64,000 nucleotides of DNA from Candidatus Bathyarchaeota archaeon (GCA_963769425.1 CAVYLP010000004.1:263088-327087); one strand, 5' to 3'; positions 1 to 9,324 are shown, counted from the stretch's first letter. A program made the numbers and translations. The notes: generated from the letters alone by a model not told the origin.

Positions 1-2
1 GG

Positions 3-575
3 CCACCGGGCCCCCTCAAGCCCCGCCTCGACGCGGCCACCAAGCGGATCGAGATGCAGATCCAACGCCTCGACCAGGCAAGCAACCGCTTCCAGGAGCG
101 CGACAAGACGATCTTCAACAGGATCGTCGACGCGTACGCTAAGCACGACACAGCACGCGCAAACGTCTTCGCAAACGAGCTCGCCGAGATCCGCAAGATG
201 GAGAAGATGATCTTCCACGCCAAGCTCGCCCTAGAGCAGATCACGCTGCGCCTCAAGACCGTAACGGAGCTGGGTGACGTCGCAGTCACGCTCCTGCCGG
301 TCGTCGGTGTCATAAGCGACATCAAGACGGGCATGGCGGCGATCAGTCCACAGGCCGAGAAGGAGCTGGGTGAGATCGGTAACCTCCTCAGCGGCATCGT
401 CGTGGACGCAGGCGCGGTAACGGGAATGACCATCAACTTCGAGTCGGTGAACGAGGACTCGGCCAAGATATTGGACGAGGCCCAGACCATCGCCGAGTCG
501 AGGATGAAGGACACCTTCCCAGAGCTGCCCGGCGGACAGAGCAAGGTCGGCGCAGGCCTAGGCGACAGAGTGTAA
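3..575 (+). CDS. ESCRT-III / Snf7-family protein (CdvB-like). The 5' end probably runs off the window.
   Basis: The reading frame is open from base 3 with no upstream stop. The translation shows Snf7-like helical repeats (RLDQASNRFQERDKTIFNRIV..., ELAEIRKMEKMI...). It lies directly upstream of a second Snf7 paralog and Vps4. Confidence 0.75.
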   Translation, partial: PPGPLKPRLDAATKRIEMQIQRLDQASNRFQERDKTIFNRIVDAYAKHDTARANVFANELAEIRKMEKMIFHAKLALEQITLRLKTVTELGDVAVTLLPVVGVISDIKTGMAAISPQAEKELGEIGNLLSGIVVDAGAVTGMTINFESVNEDSAKILDEAQTIAESRMKDTFPELPGGQSKVGAGLGDRV

Positions 576-603
576 AAGGAGCGAACCAGAGATGGAAAAC
601 CGC

Positions 604-641
604 CCCTCCCCCTCTTTTTTAACCACCCCAAACGTTGGGGT
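604..641 (+). terminator. T-tract (TTTTTT at 615-620) followed by a 7-bp-stem hairpin (ACCCCAA-ACG-TTGGGGT) between the two ESCRT-III genes
   Basis: Read directly from the sequence. An oligo-T stretch is the usual archaeal termination signal. Confidence 0.35.
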
Positions 642-701
642 GATCGACCTGGGCGCATCCAGGCCAGTTTCTAGCCTAAGCTGTTAAAGGAGAAAGCAGA
701 A

Positions 702-1451
702 ATGGGCATACTGAACCGCCAGCAGAGTATCCTTCCGACCCCCGAGTCGATAAACGAGCTTAAGCGCCAGAGCATGAGGCTCGAACAGGTTAACTCCAAG
801 CTTAGGGAGCGTGACCGCGTGCTGTTCGAGATGGTTGGCAAGGCGGTTCAGAAGAAGGACTCGGCACGCGCGCAGATCTACGCGAACGAGCTCAGCAGGG
901 TTCGCCACATAAAGCAGGTGATATCCCAGAGCCAACTCGCCATAGACTGCATCACGATCAGACTCGAGAACTTCCTCGACCTCTATCAGGTAGTTCAGGA
1001 GATGAAACCCATCTCAGAGGTCGTCAAGGAAGTCTCAGCAGATGTACAACAGGTAATGCCTCAGTTCGCAGCGGGCCTCGAGCAGCTGAACATAGTCGCC
1101 AGCGAGACCCTTATGCAGACGACGATCGATTTCCGCCAGCCCGCACTGGACGGGATGTTCAGCGTCAAGAGCCAGGAGAGCGCCGACATCCTCAGAGAGG
1201 TCTCGAACATGGTCGAGAACAGCCTGCACGAGAGCTTCCCTGAGCCACCAGTCACGGTCGCGGTTGCGCCGAAGATAGCGAATAGGCAGACAGAGGCAGT
1301 CGCCTACGGATATGAGCCAACATTCGCATCCCGCACCTCGCAGACTGGTGAGACAACGAATGACTGGAGTATGCTCTCGGACGACGTCGTGAAGATGCTC
1401 GACCAGATCAGTGGAAAAGGGCGCGTCAAAATGGAGGAGGTAGTGGCATGA
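702..1451 (+). CDS. ESCRT-III / Snf7-family paralog with an acidic C-terminal tail and an MIM-like helix
   Basis: 249 aa. The Snf7 core (ELKRQSMRLEQVNSKLRERDRVLFEMV..., ANELSRVRHIKQV...) is followed by a C-terminal helix DDVVKMLDQISGK. AAGGAG lies 8 nt upstream of the ATG. The stop overlaps the vps4 start (ATGA). Confidence 0.8.
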   Translation: MGILNRQQSILPTPESINELKRQSMRLEQVNSKLRERDRVLFEMVGKAVQKKDSARAQIYANELSRVRHIKQVISQSQLAIDCITIRLENFLDLYQVVQEMKPISEVVKEVSADVQQVMPQFAAGLEQLNIVASETLMQTTIDFRQPALDGMFSVKSQESADILREVSNMVENSLHESFPEPPVTVAVAPKIANRQTEAVAYGYEPTFASRTSQTGETTNDWSMLSDDVVKMLDQISGKGRVKMEEVVA

Positions 1452-2614
1452 GCGTAGCTACTATGCTTGAGAACGAGGCAATGAAGTACGCCGCCGACGC
1501 CGTAAAGTACGACAAGATGGGCGATAAGGACAAGGCGACCGACTCGTACAAGAGAGCGGTCGAACAACTAACCCGCCTCATCAAACTATACCCAGACTAC
1601 ACATTCAACAAATTCTACGTCGAGAAAGTCACCACCTACCAGGAACGTATAAGGCTCCTCAAGTCAGAGGACGGCGAGGAAACCGGTATCGAGAAGTTCA
1701 CGAGCTTCGAGACAAAACAGACCGGATCATCCGAGTCCCAGATGGAGGCTGAAGATACTGAGCCAACCGAGAAGCCAAACGTCACCTGGGGCGAAGTTGC
1801 GGGCCTCGAAGACGCCAAGAAGGCGATCAAGGAGGTCATCGTCTACCCAGTCAAACGCCCCGACCTCTTCCCACTCGGGTGGTCAAGGGGACTTCTCCTC
1901 TTCGGTCCACCGGGCTGTGGTAAGACGCTTCTCGCCGCAGCGGTGGCGAACGAGATCGAGGCGCAATTCATACAGATAGACCCCGCCAACATCATGTCGA
2001 AGTGGCTTGGAGCAGCGGAGCAGAACGTCGCCAAGATATTCGGTGGCGCGCGCCGCACAGCCATCGCGGGGAAGCCAGTAATCATCTTCATGGACGAGGT
2101 GGACAGCATACTCGGCGTCCACACCAATGAGGTTGGAGGCGAGGTACGCATGAGGAACCAGTTCCTCAAGGAGATGGACGGCCTCCAAGACAAGGGCAAG
2201 AACTACCACCTATACGTCGTCGCCGCGACTAACAAGCCGTGGGACCTGGACTGGGCGTTCATCCGCCGCTTCCAGAAGAGGGTGATGGTGCCCCTCCCCG
2301 ACTACGCGACACGCCTACAGATGTTCGAGATCAACAGCGCACAGCTAGAGATGACCCCGGATGTAGATTTCCACATCCTCACACAGCTTACGGATGGCTA
2401 CAGCGGAAGCGACATCAAGGACATCTGCCAGGTCGTCCGCCAGGAGGTCATCAGGGAACTCTTCGAGTCCGGGGAAGCCGATAATACTACGAAGAAGCCG
2501 AGGCCGCTCTCGATGGGTGACTTCAAGCAAGCCATCTCCAACAGGAAGCCAAGCGTCTCCAAGGAGATGATTAAGGAGTACGACAAGTGGTTCGACCAGT
2601 TCAAGGCACTATAG
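1448..2614 (+). CDS. cdvC: Vps4 / CdvC AAA+ ATPase with an N-terminal MIT domain
   Basis: N-terminal MIT-like helices (AMKYAADAVKYDKMGDKDKATDSYKRAVEQLTRLIKLYPD). Walker A GPPGCGKTLLA, Walker B IIFMDEVDS, and a second region of homology. It shares a 4-nt overlap with the upstream Snf7 gene. Confidence 0.9.
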   Translation: MSVATMLENEAMKYAADAVKYDKMGDKDKATDSYKRAVEQLTRLIKLYPDYTFNKFYVEKVTTYQERIRLLKSEDGEETGIEKFTSFETKQTGSSESQMEAEDTEPTEKPNVTWGEVAGLEDAKKAIKEVIVYPVKRPDLFPLGWSRGLLLFGPPGCGKTLLAAAVANEIEAQFIQIDPANIMSKWLGAAEQNVAKIFGGARRTAIAGKPVIIFMDEVDSILGVHTNEVGGEVRMRNQFLKEMDGLQDKGKNYHLYVVAATNKPWDLDWAFIRRFQKRVMVPLPDYATRLQMFEINSAQLEMTPDVDFHILTQLTDGYSGSDIKDICQVVRQEVIRELFESGEADNTTKKPRPLSMGDFKQAISNRKPSVSKEMIKEYDKWFDQFKAL

Positions 2615-2626
2615 GAGAAATTTGAA

Positions 2627-3022
2627 ATGGAAAACCCAAAAACGGATCACATCGTGAAAGCCGCCACTGAGCTCGGTGAGACTTATACAGAGTCAGCCCA
2701 GCTTCTGAGCGGAATGAGGGGAGCCATGAACGAGGCTAATCAGCTCTACGATCACGGATACGGTGGAGCAGGCAACAGTCTCATAAAATTCGGCATCACT
2801 CTCATCCTAGTACCCGAACCATTCATGGTCTCGGACGTGATAGGCGCTGGAATCGTTGCCGCCGGCTTCCTATACAAGAAGATTGTACCGCCACCAATGT
2901 ACATCGACAACATATTCGATACGATTCAGGAGCAGGTGAAGGCACTCCACTCAGCAGGGGAGAACCTCACACAGAACTTTTCGGTACCCGTCGACTTCTC
3001 GTCGATGCATTTCGAGATCTAA
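2627..3022 (+). CDS. hypothetical small protein with a central hydrophobic hairpin, encoded immediately downstream of vps4
   Basis: 131 aa. GGAG RBS before the ATG. A hydrophobic segment LIKFGITLILVPEPFMVSDVIGAGIVAAGFLY is flanked by polar helices. It lies 13 nt after the vps4 stop on the same strand. No recognizable family. Confidence 0.5.
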   Translation: MENPKTDHIVKAATELGETYTESAQLLSGMRGAMNEANQLYDHGYGGAGNSLIKFGITLILVPEPFMVSDVIGAGIVAAGFLYKKIVPPPMYIDNIFDTIQEQVKALHSAGENLTQNFSVPVDFSSMHFEI

Positions 3023-4044
3023 GCTTTCCGAGAGACTAATTCACGGTACTCTTTTAGGAATTCCTCCCTCATCTCAGCCTTCTTCTTTGCTGGGAGGAAG
3101 CTCGTCTCGATCGAGTCGAGGCTTATCCTCATGAGCTCGTCAACGGAGAGGCCTAGTTGGCTGTTGAGTTGGAGGTACTCGTTGTTCATGTCCGTGTTGA
3201 ACATTGGTGGGTCGTCGCTGTTGACGCTGACCTTGATGCCATGCTTTATGAAGTTCCTGATGGGATGCTCGTTCAGCGCCTTTATCGCCCCTGTCCGTAG
3301 GTTGCTGACAGGGCAAGTCTCGATCGCAATCCCTCTCTCCCTGATCTCCTTGAGGAGGGCTGGGTCCTTTACCGCGGTAGTGCCATGTCCTATCCTCTCA
3401 ACGCCGAGGGTCTTCACGGCTCCCCAGATGCTCTCGGGTCCGGCTGCCTCCCCGGCGTGGGCTACGAGGTGGAGGCCGAGGTCCTTAGCCTTCTTGTACG
3501 CCTTTTCGTATGGCTCTGGGGGGAAGTCGTCCTCACTGCCACCGATGTCGATGGCGACGACGTTGTCTCCCTTCTTCTTTATCCAGTCGAGCTCCTTCAT
3601 CGCGGTCACCGGCCCGTAGTTGCGGACGAGGTCAACTCTGATGGTGCAGGATATCCCGAATTTCCTCTTTGCCCGTTTGATGCCCTTGTTTACCGCATCG
3701 AGCATCTTGCCATAGTCGAGGCCCCTCCTCACGAGGTCGTTCGGGGAGAGAATAGCCTCGACGTGCTTCACGTTGGAGGCAGCGTCGGATTCAAGCATCT
3801 CGTAGGTGATCCTCTCGAAATACTTCTCGTCAGCTATGCAGTCGTTCACGGTGCTGTAGACGGAGATGAAGTGGGGGAAGTCCTTGTACTGGAAGAATTG
3901 CTTGATGTCGTCGATGGAGTTGAACTGGGTCTTGGCTCCGCTGTCCTCGATTATACCCATGAGGGTCTCCGGCTTTGTGGAGCCCACGATGTGTACGTGC
4001 TGCTCGAGCTTTGGGAGGCGCCTTATTGTCTCGGCTGTGTCCAT
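3019..4044 (-). CDS. add: adenosine deaminase family (Add-type amidohydrolase)
   Basis: 341 aa. HVHIVGS metal-binding motif near the N-terminus. SVNSDDPPMF (the SLNTDDP motif) near the C-terminus. Confidence 0.8.
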   Translation of the reverse strand: MDTAETIRRLPKLEQHVHIVGSTKPETLMGIIEDSGAKTQFNSIDDIKQFFQYKDFPHFISVYSTVNDCIADEKYFERITYEMLESDAASNVKHVEAILSPNDLVRRGLDYGKMLDAVNKGIKRAKRKFGISCTIRVDLVRNYGPVTAMKELDWIKKKGDNVVAIDIGGSEDDFPPEPYEKAYKKAKDLGLHLVAHAGEAAGPESIWGAVKTLGVERIGHGTTAVKDPALLKEIRERGIAIETCPVSNLRTGAIKALNEHPIRNFIKHGIKVSVNSDDPPMFNTDMNNEYLQLNSQLGLSVDELMRISLDSIETSFLPAKKKAEMREEFLKEYRELVSRKA

Positions 4045-4066
4045 TACAGGGGATGGGAGCGCTCGA

Positions 4067-5216
4067 CTAATTAGTCTTCTTGAGGCCCCCGTAGGTCTCC
4101 TTAGTGAAGAGGATCATGGTGGCGGTCATGATTATTGAGATGGCTATGATGACCATGTTGGAGTAGAAGTAGCCGCCCGTGGAGTCGACTGAGTCCCACC
4201 GTAGAATGGAGTGATGAGAGAGTAGCCGATGGTGCCGAACCCGTTGACGAGGCCGAGGCCAATGCTCGCCTTGCTCATGGGCAGGACCTCGGGTACCATG
4301 CTGAAGAAGAGGACCCACATGGAGGCGCAGAAGTTGATGCTGAAGCTGAGGGTTGCATAGAGGGGCACGGGGAGTCCGCCGGGTGAGAAGATGAACGTGG
4401 CGAGGAAGAGGGTGTAGAGGCAGGAGAAGATGATGAGGGGGAGCTTCCTCTTCCTGAGCCTGTCCGAGATGGCGCCCATGGCTATGCAGCCGGGTATGCC
4501 AGCGATGCTGCCGAGGCTCGTGATCGAGTCCGCCCTCGACGTAGGTGAGTCCCTTCGTCTCCATGAGGAAGAGGGTCATCCAGGAGTTGAGGACCCAGCC
4601 GAAGCTTAGGAGGAGGTAGCCGACGATGAAGGGGTAGATCCTCTTGTCGCGGAGGACCTCGCCGAGGTTCTTCATGAGGTTGCCGTTGGACTTTTTCTCG
4701 ACGTGGTTCCCGTTGGGGTCGTTCTTGAGTATGAAGAAGTTCATCCCGATAGTTGACGAGGAGTATGAGGGCGACGAGGAGGTAGAGGTTTCTCCAGCCG
4801 CCGAACATGGAGTCGGCGAGGGGGAAGCCCATGTAAGCGGTGAAGTTACCGAGCCCACTGGCAGCGCTAAGTATCCCGATTGCGGTGGCCCGGCGCTCGA
4901 TGGGGAACCACTGGGAGATGATGGCGACGAAGTTGATGTAGAAGACGCTGCAGCCGACCCCCATGATTATCTGGGCGACGACGAGCATCTCGAACCTGAA
5001 GCTGACCCAGAAGAGGAAGATACCGACGAGTGTGAGGGCGGTGAAGCCGAGGATGGTCTTGCGGGGCCCGAACATGTCGGTGAACATCCCCGCGGGGATC
5101 TGCATGATACCGTAGATGATGAAGAAGGCCGTGATGAGGAGGCCCATCGTGCCCTTGTTTATGTCGAGTTCCTGGATGAGAACGGGTGAGAGCGCCGAGG
5201 CGGCGGCCTTGAGCAT
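4067..5216 (-). pseudogene. MFS transporter broken into three reading frames (three or more frameshifts)
   Basis: The N-terminal six-TM half is in the frame of ORF 4482..5486, starting near M at ~5216. The middle section (RIYPFIVGYLLLSFGWVLNSWMTLFLMETKG) is in the frame of 4067..4858. TM8-11 are in the frame of 4144..4479. The C-terminal TM returns to the 4067 frame. Confidence 0.6.
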
Positions 5217-5373
5217 GTTCTCGGCGATAGTAGGTGATGCAGATCGTGAGTCAGGACGACGAGGGCGAACCAGCGCTTGTTCTCCAAGGGGGCTCCACTT
5301 TCCCGTGTGGGACGCTGAGGCGCTTCTTAAGGCTTCCCGACTTTGTCGGGTAAAAAAACTTATCATAAATACT

Positions 5374-6186
5374 ATGCATCTTGAAGGCGTGTCAACTGAT
5401 AAGCGCGCGGAGATAGGCGTCATAGGCGGGACGGGGGTATACGATCCTGAGATGCTGGAGGATCGGAGGGAAGTCAAGGTCTTCACCCCCTACGGTTCAA
5501 CGTCGGATATGATCACGTTGGGAACCGTGGGAGGGCGGAGGGTTGCCTTCCTCCCACGCCATGGTAGAGGGCACGTCATACCTCCCCATATGATCAACGC
5601 CAGGGCGAATATATGGGCGCTCAAGGAGCTGGGTGTCAAGCAGGTCGTGGCATCAAGTGCGGTGGGTAGCCTGAGGGAGGATTATAAGCCCGGCGACTTC
5701 GTCCTCACCGACCAGTTCATAGACAGGACGAAGGAGAGGCCGGACACGTTCTACGAGGGGGGTCAGGTATGCCATATAAGCAGCGCAGATCCGATATGCC
5801 CGACCCTCCACGACTACTTTCACAAGTACGCGAAGAAGCTCAAGCTCCCCGTTCACGATAAGGGAACGTACGTCTGTGTTCAGGGCCCGAGGTTCAGCAC
5901 GAGGGCCGAGTCCAGGCTCTTCAGGCAGTGGAACTGCGACATAATTGGGATGACACTCTATCCCGAGGTCGTCCTCGCTCGTGAGCAGGAGATGTGCTAT
6001 GTCACTGTGGCGATGGTCACCGACTACGATGTCTGGGCGGATAAACCGGTGTCGACGGCGGACGTGGTCGAAACAATGCAGCGCAATGCAGCGAACTTCA
6101 AGAAGCTGGTGATGGGCGCTCTCCCAGGAATGCCTGATGAACGTAGCTGCGGCTGCTGCGACGCCCTGAAGTTTGCGCTGATCTAG
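5374..6186 (+). CDS. mtnP: 5'-methylthioadenosine / purine nucleoside phosphorylase (MTAP, PNP family)
   Basis: Beginning at the internal ATG at 5374 the product reads MHLEGVSTDKRAEIGVIGGTGVYDP..., a typical MTAP N-terminus. The C-terminus has the CGCC motif seen in archaeal MTAPs. The ORF track extends upstream in the same frame, but that extension looks like spurious read-through. Confidence 0.85.
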   Translation: MHLEGVSTDKRAEIGVIGGTGVYDPEMLEDRREVKVFTPYGSTSDMITLGTVGGRRVAFLPRHGRGHVIPPHMINARANIWALKELGVKQVVASSAVGSLREDYKPGDFVLTDQFIDRTKERPDTFYEGGQVCHISSADPICPTLHDYFHKYAKKLKLPVHDKGTYVCVQGPRFSTRAESRLFRQWNCDIIGMTLYPEVVLAREQEMCYVTVAMVTDYDVWADKPVSTADVVETMQRNAANFKKLVMGALPGMPDERSCGCCDALKFALI

Positions 6187-6225
6187 CTGAGAACCTTCTT
6201 ATCCGTTTCTGGCTCCGTTTATTCC

Positions 6226-6939
6226 GTGACCAAGCTCAATTACGTCTTCATGGTGCTGAAGGAGCACCCCTACGGTAGGGAGATGCTGAGGCAGCTCCTC
6301 GCCTCCGGATTCGAGCCTAAGGCGATCGTGGAGGAGGACTCGCCGATAGGAGACGAGGAGAGGGAGAAGTTCCTCACCCGCATCAAGGGCTTCCCGGTTG
6401 CGCCCACTTTCACCGAGCAGCTCAGGGGTAGAAGCATTGAGCGCTACTCGGTCCCGCACCACAATAAGAGGGAGTCGCGTGAGCTACTGGAGGGACTGAA
6501 GCCGGATTTCATCGTCCTCGGTGGGACCAGGATCATAAAGCCCGCCATCATCAACATACCCAAGGACGGAATGGTCAACAGCCACCCTGGCCTTCTCCCC
6601 GAGTGCAGGGGCTCAGCAAGCGTAGCTTGGAGCATATACTTTGACATACCAATCGGATGCACTGTCCACTTCATCGACCCGAACATAGACACGGGGGCGA
6701 TTATCAAGAAGCAGGTGATACCCGTCCACAAGGGAGACACCTACGAGAAGCTCTGCTGGGAGACGATCGCCCTAGCGGGGGAGCTGATGGTCTACGCGGT
6801 GGACCAGTGGACGAAGGGGACACTGAAGGGTGTACCCCAGCCCGTTGGGCAGGAGGCCCTCAAGGTCGCGCCACCGGACGTGCTCGAGGTCGTCTACAAG
6901 AAGCTCAGGGACGGTACCTACAAGCACTTCGTCGATTAA
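6226..6939 (+). CDS. formyltransferase-family protein (Fmt/PurN-like fold)
   Basis: GTG start. N-terminal Rossmann region (NYVFMV...). Signature region VNSHPGLLPECRGSASVAWSIYFDIPIGCTVHFIDPNIDTGAII has the N/H/D triad spacing of formyl transferases. Confidence 0.65.
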   Translation: MTKLNYVFMVLKEHPYGREMLRQLLASGFEPKAIVEEDSPIGDEEREKFLTRIKGFPVAPTFTEQLRGRSIERYSVPHHNKRESRELLEGLKPDFIVLGGTRIIKPAIINIPKDGMVNSHPGLLPECRGSASVAWSIYFDIPIGCTVHFIDPNIDTGAIIKKQVIPVHKGDTYEKLCWETIALAGELMVYAVDQWTKGTLKGVPQPVGQEALKVAPPDVLEVVYKKLRDGTYKHFVD

Positions 6940-7029
6940 TGCACCTTAAGTGCACATTTTTACACATATTTGATTGTGAACGAGGCCGTTTTTAGGTTCC
7001 TTTTTAGAAAATAAACGATAAATTGGCTT

Positions 7030-7059
7030 GGAGGGGGTACCCCCCTCCCCTATTTTTTA
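7030..7059. terminator. perfect hairpin GGAGGGGG-TAC-CCCCCTCC followed by TTTTTT, between convergent genes
   Basis: Read from the sequence. It sits immediately 3' of the pyrG stop and about 90 nt 3' of the formyltransferase gene. Other T-tracts occur at 6955-7012. Confidence 0.4.
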
Positions 7060-8685
7060 GAATTCCGGTTTCGGCTTGCCGCGCTTCTTGTCGTAGCTGG
7101 CTTTGACGAGTCCGTAGTAGGGTGGGCTCGGCTTCCAGGGGCGGCTTTTGAACTCGGGGTGGAACTGGGTCCCGAAGAAGAAGTAGTTGCTCGGTATCTC
7201 TATCATCTCCTTGCGGCGCCCGTCGGTGCTCCACGCGCCGAAGACCACTCCGGCCTTCTCGAGGCGCTCCCAGTACTCGGGGTTGACCTCCCACCTGTGA
7301 CGGTGGCGCTCGTGTACGAGCTCGGAGCCGTAGAGCTTGTGGGCAATTGTACCCGGCTTGATGTGGACTGGGTGTGCCCCGAGACGCATGGTGCCACCCA
7401 TCTCGTTGACGCCCCTCTGCTCGGGGAGCAGGTCGATCACCGGGTTCGTAGTATGTGGCTCGCACTCAGTGCTGTCCGCGTCCTTCAACCCGAGGATGTC
7501 GCGGCTCATCTCCACTAGGCTGAGCTGTAGCCCGTAGCAGATGCCGAGGAAGGGTTTGTCGTGGGTCCTGCAGTACTCGATGGTGCGCACCTTGCCGAGG
7601 GCACCGCGTTTACCGAAGCCACCGGGGACGATGACGCCGTCGAAGCCCTCAAGCACCTCGACCTTCTCGGGGTGCTTCTCGAACTCCTCCGTCTCTATCC
7701 ATTCGATGTTTATCCTGCATCCGGAGGCCGCGGCGGCGTGGCGGAGCGCCTCGTTGACGCTGACGTAGCAGTCGCGCAACTCCGCGTACTTGCCGCACAT
7801 GGCTATGCGTACTGATTCCTCAGGATCCTTGTACTTGGCGACCATCTTCCTCCAGTCGCTCCACTCGGCCTTCGGCTTGTCGAGGCCGAGATACTCGGCG
7901 ACGACGTCCCCCATGCCCTGCCCTTCGAGGACTAGGGGTAGCTCGTAGAGGGACTGGACGTTTACACTGGTGAAGACGGCGCGCTCCTCGACGCTGCAAT
8001 AGAGGGCGATCTTCTGCTTGGCGCCCGCTGGGAGTTCGCCCTCCTCGCATCGGGCGGCGATGATGTCTGGCTGGAGGCCAATGGCGCGTAACTCCTTGAC
8101 GCTGTGCTGCGTTGGCTTTGTCTTGGGCTCACCGACGGCTTCGAGGACAGGTACTAGTGTGACGTGTATTAGCAGCGTGTCGCCGCGCTTCTCCTCCTGC
8201 CTCATCTGGCGGAAGGCTTCGAGGAAGGGTAGACTCTCGATGTCACCGACTGTGCCTCCGCATTCAACGAGTACTACGTCTGCGCGGCTCTTCTCCGCGA
8301 CGAGGCGTATGCGGCGCTTCACCTCGTCGGTGATGTGGGGAATTATCTGTACGCAGCGGCCAAGGAAGCCGCCTTCGCGCTCGCGGCGGATGACCTGCTG
8401 GTAGAGCTGGCCGCTCGTCACGTTGTTTAGCCCTGAGAGTTCGACGCCTAGGAATCTCTCGTAGGCGCCGAGGTCCATGTCCGCCTCGTATCCGTCGTCG
8501 AGGACGAAGACCTCGCCGTGGATGTAGGGGTTCATGGTGCCAGCGTCGACGTTGAGGTATGGGTCGCACTTTATGGCGGATACTTTGAATCCGCGTACCT
8601 GGAGCATCTTCCCGACGCTGCAGGTGACTAGGCCCTTTCCTATGCCGCTGAGCACCCCGCCAGTAATAAAAACGTACTTCGTCAA
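7057..8685 (-). CDS. pyrG: CTP synthase
   Basis: (L)TKYVFITGGVLSGIGKG... is a classic PyrG N-terminus. A C-terminal GATase domain is present. The likely start is TTG at 8685. The 24-codon extension up to the GTG at 8757 is not conserved. Confidence 0.9.
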   Translation of the reverse strand: MTKYVFITGGVLSGIGKGLVTCSVGKMLQVRGFKVSAIKCDPYLNVDAGTMNPYIHGEVFVLDDGYEADMDLGAYERFLGVELSGLNNVTSGQLYQQVIRREREGGFLGRCVQIIPHITDEVKRRIRLVAEKSRADVVLVECGGTVGDIESLPFLEAFRQMRQEEKRGDTLLIHVTLVPVLEAVGEPKTKPTQHSVKELRAIGLQPDIIAARCEEGELPAGAKQKIALYCSVEERAVFTSVNVQSLYELPLVLEGQGMGDVVAEYLGLDKPKAEWSDWRKMVAKYKDPEESVRIAMCGKYAELRDCYVSVNEALRHAAAASGCRINIEWIETEEFEKHPEKVEVLEGFDGVIVPGGFGKRGALGKVRTIEYCRTHDKPFLGICYGLQLSLVEMSRDILGLKDADSTECEPHTTNPVIDLLPEQRGVNEMGGTMRLGAHPVHIKPGTIAHKLYGSELVHERHRHRWEVNPEYWERLEKAGVVFGAWSTDGRRKEMIEIPSNYFFFGTQFHPEFKSRPWKPSPPYYGLVKASYDKKRGKPKPEF

Positions 8686-8728
8686 GGGGGAGACCTGCCC
8701 ATAATGAACCCAACGTGCAATGGGGGCG

Positions 8729-8744
8729 ATTATAAACCCTTCGA
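8729..8744 (-). promoter_or_regulatory. putative BRE/TATA (TTTATAAT on the minus strand) about 45 nt upstream of the pyrG TTG
   Basis: TATA-like octamer with a purine-rich BRE-like element just upstream. Position inferred from the spacing only. Confidence 0.3.
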
Positions 8745-8793
8745 AGCGGTGCTGCACAGGCGTGTGAAATACCCCGATTCGTATGGGCTCGGG

Positions 8794-9324
8794 TTAAGCC
8801 TCCGTGAACTTCAGGATTTTCTCGACGGTCATCTCAGTAGAGCGCTTACCCGTAAGCTCCTCCAGCCTGATCTTACCGAAGACAACATTGCCAAGAGCAT
8901 TTCCATCCCCACTGAACAGCTTCTGGACCCTAATCTTGACTCCTTCCGTATCCGAGCTTAGTCTCTCGGCGAAGAGGTTCATCACCTTCGCCTTCTCTGA
9001 TGCGTCTTCGATGAACTCGACCCTGCCCGAGAACATAGCGGAGGCGTACATGTTAACGCAGGCTCCCTCCATGATGCCCTGGTCGACTACGACGACTCCC
9101 CAGGCACGAGGGTTCCTCTTGATGAACTCTATCTTCTTTCCCTCCTTGGCGCAGTGGAAATAGACTACGTTCTCTTTCTCGTCGTAGACATAGCCCATCG
9201 GCACGGCGTAGGGTTCCCCTCCATCGGCGAGGCTGAGTACGAAGTACTTCGAGTAGCGGAGGATTCGTTTGAGCGTCTTCGAGTCGTTGACCTCGCGGTC
9301 CACGCGTCTGAGGTGGAACTTCAT
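8794..9324 (-). CDS. pyridoxamine 5'-phosphate oxidase-like FMN-binding split-barrel protein
   Basis: 176 aa. PNPOx/NimA-like features: EPYAVPMGYVYDEKENVVYFHCAKEGKK and GVVVVDQG. Confidence 0.55.
   Translation of the reverse strand: MKFHLRRVDREVNDSKTLKRILRYSKYFVLSLADGGEPYAVPMGYVYDEKENVVYFHCAKEGKKIEFIKRNPRAWGVVVVDQGIMEGACVNMYASAMFSGRVEFIEDASEKAKVMNLFAERLSSDTEGVKIRVQKLFSGDGNALGNVVFGKIRLEELTGKRSTEMTVEKILKFTEA

Noticed and set aside
3131-4074. ORFs 3131..3619 and 3385..4074 on the plus strand
   Set aside because: They are antisense to the adenosine deaminase gene. The proteins are low-complexity (Ser/Leu/Gly/Val-rich), as is typical of GC-rich alternate frames.
4644-5189. Acidic 181-aa ORF 4644..5189 (+)
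   Set aside because: It is antisense to the MFS transporter. The Asp/Glu runs are a mirror of codon bias.
5351-5373. Promoter assignment for mtnP from the A-rich / TATCATAAATA stretch
   Set aside because: The spacing to the ATG is ambiguous and fits neither a leaderless nor a leadered model cleanly, so it is left unannotated.
7159-8713. Multiple Arg/Pro-rich ORFs inside or antisense to pyrG (for example 8264..8713, 7820..8050)
   Set aside because: They overlap a highly conserved gene and are compositionally biased with no motifs.
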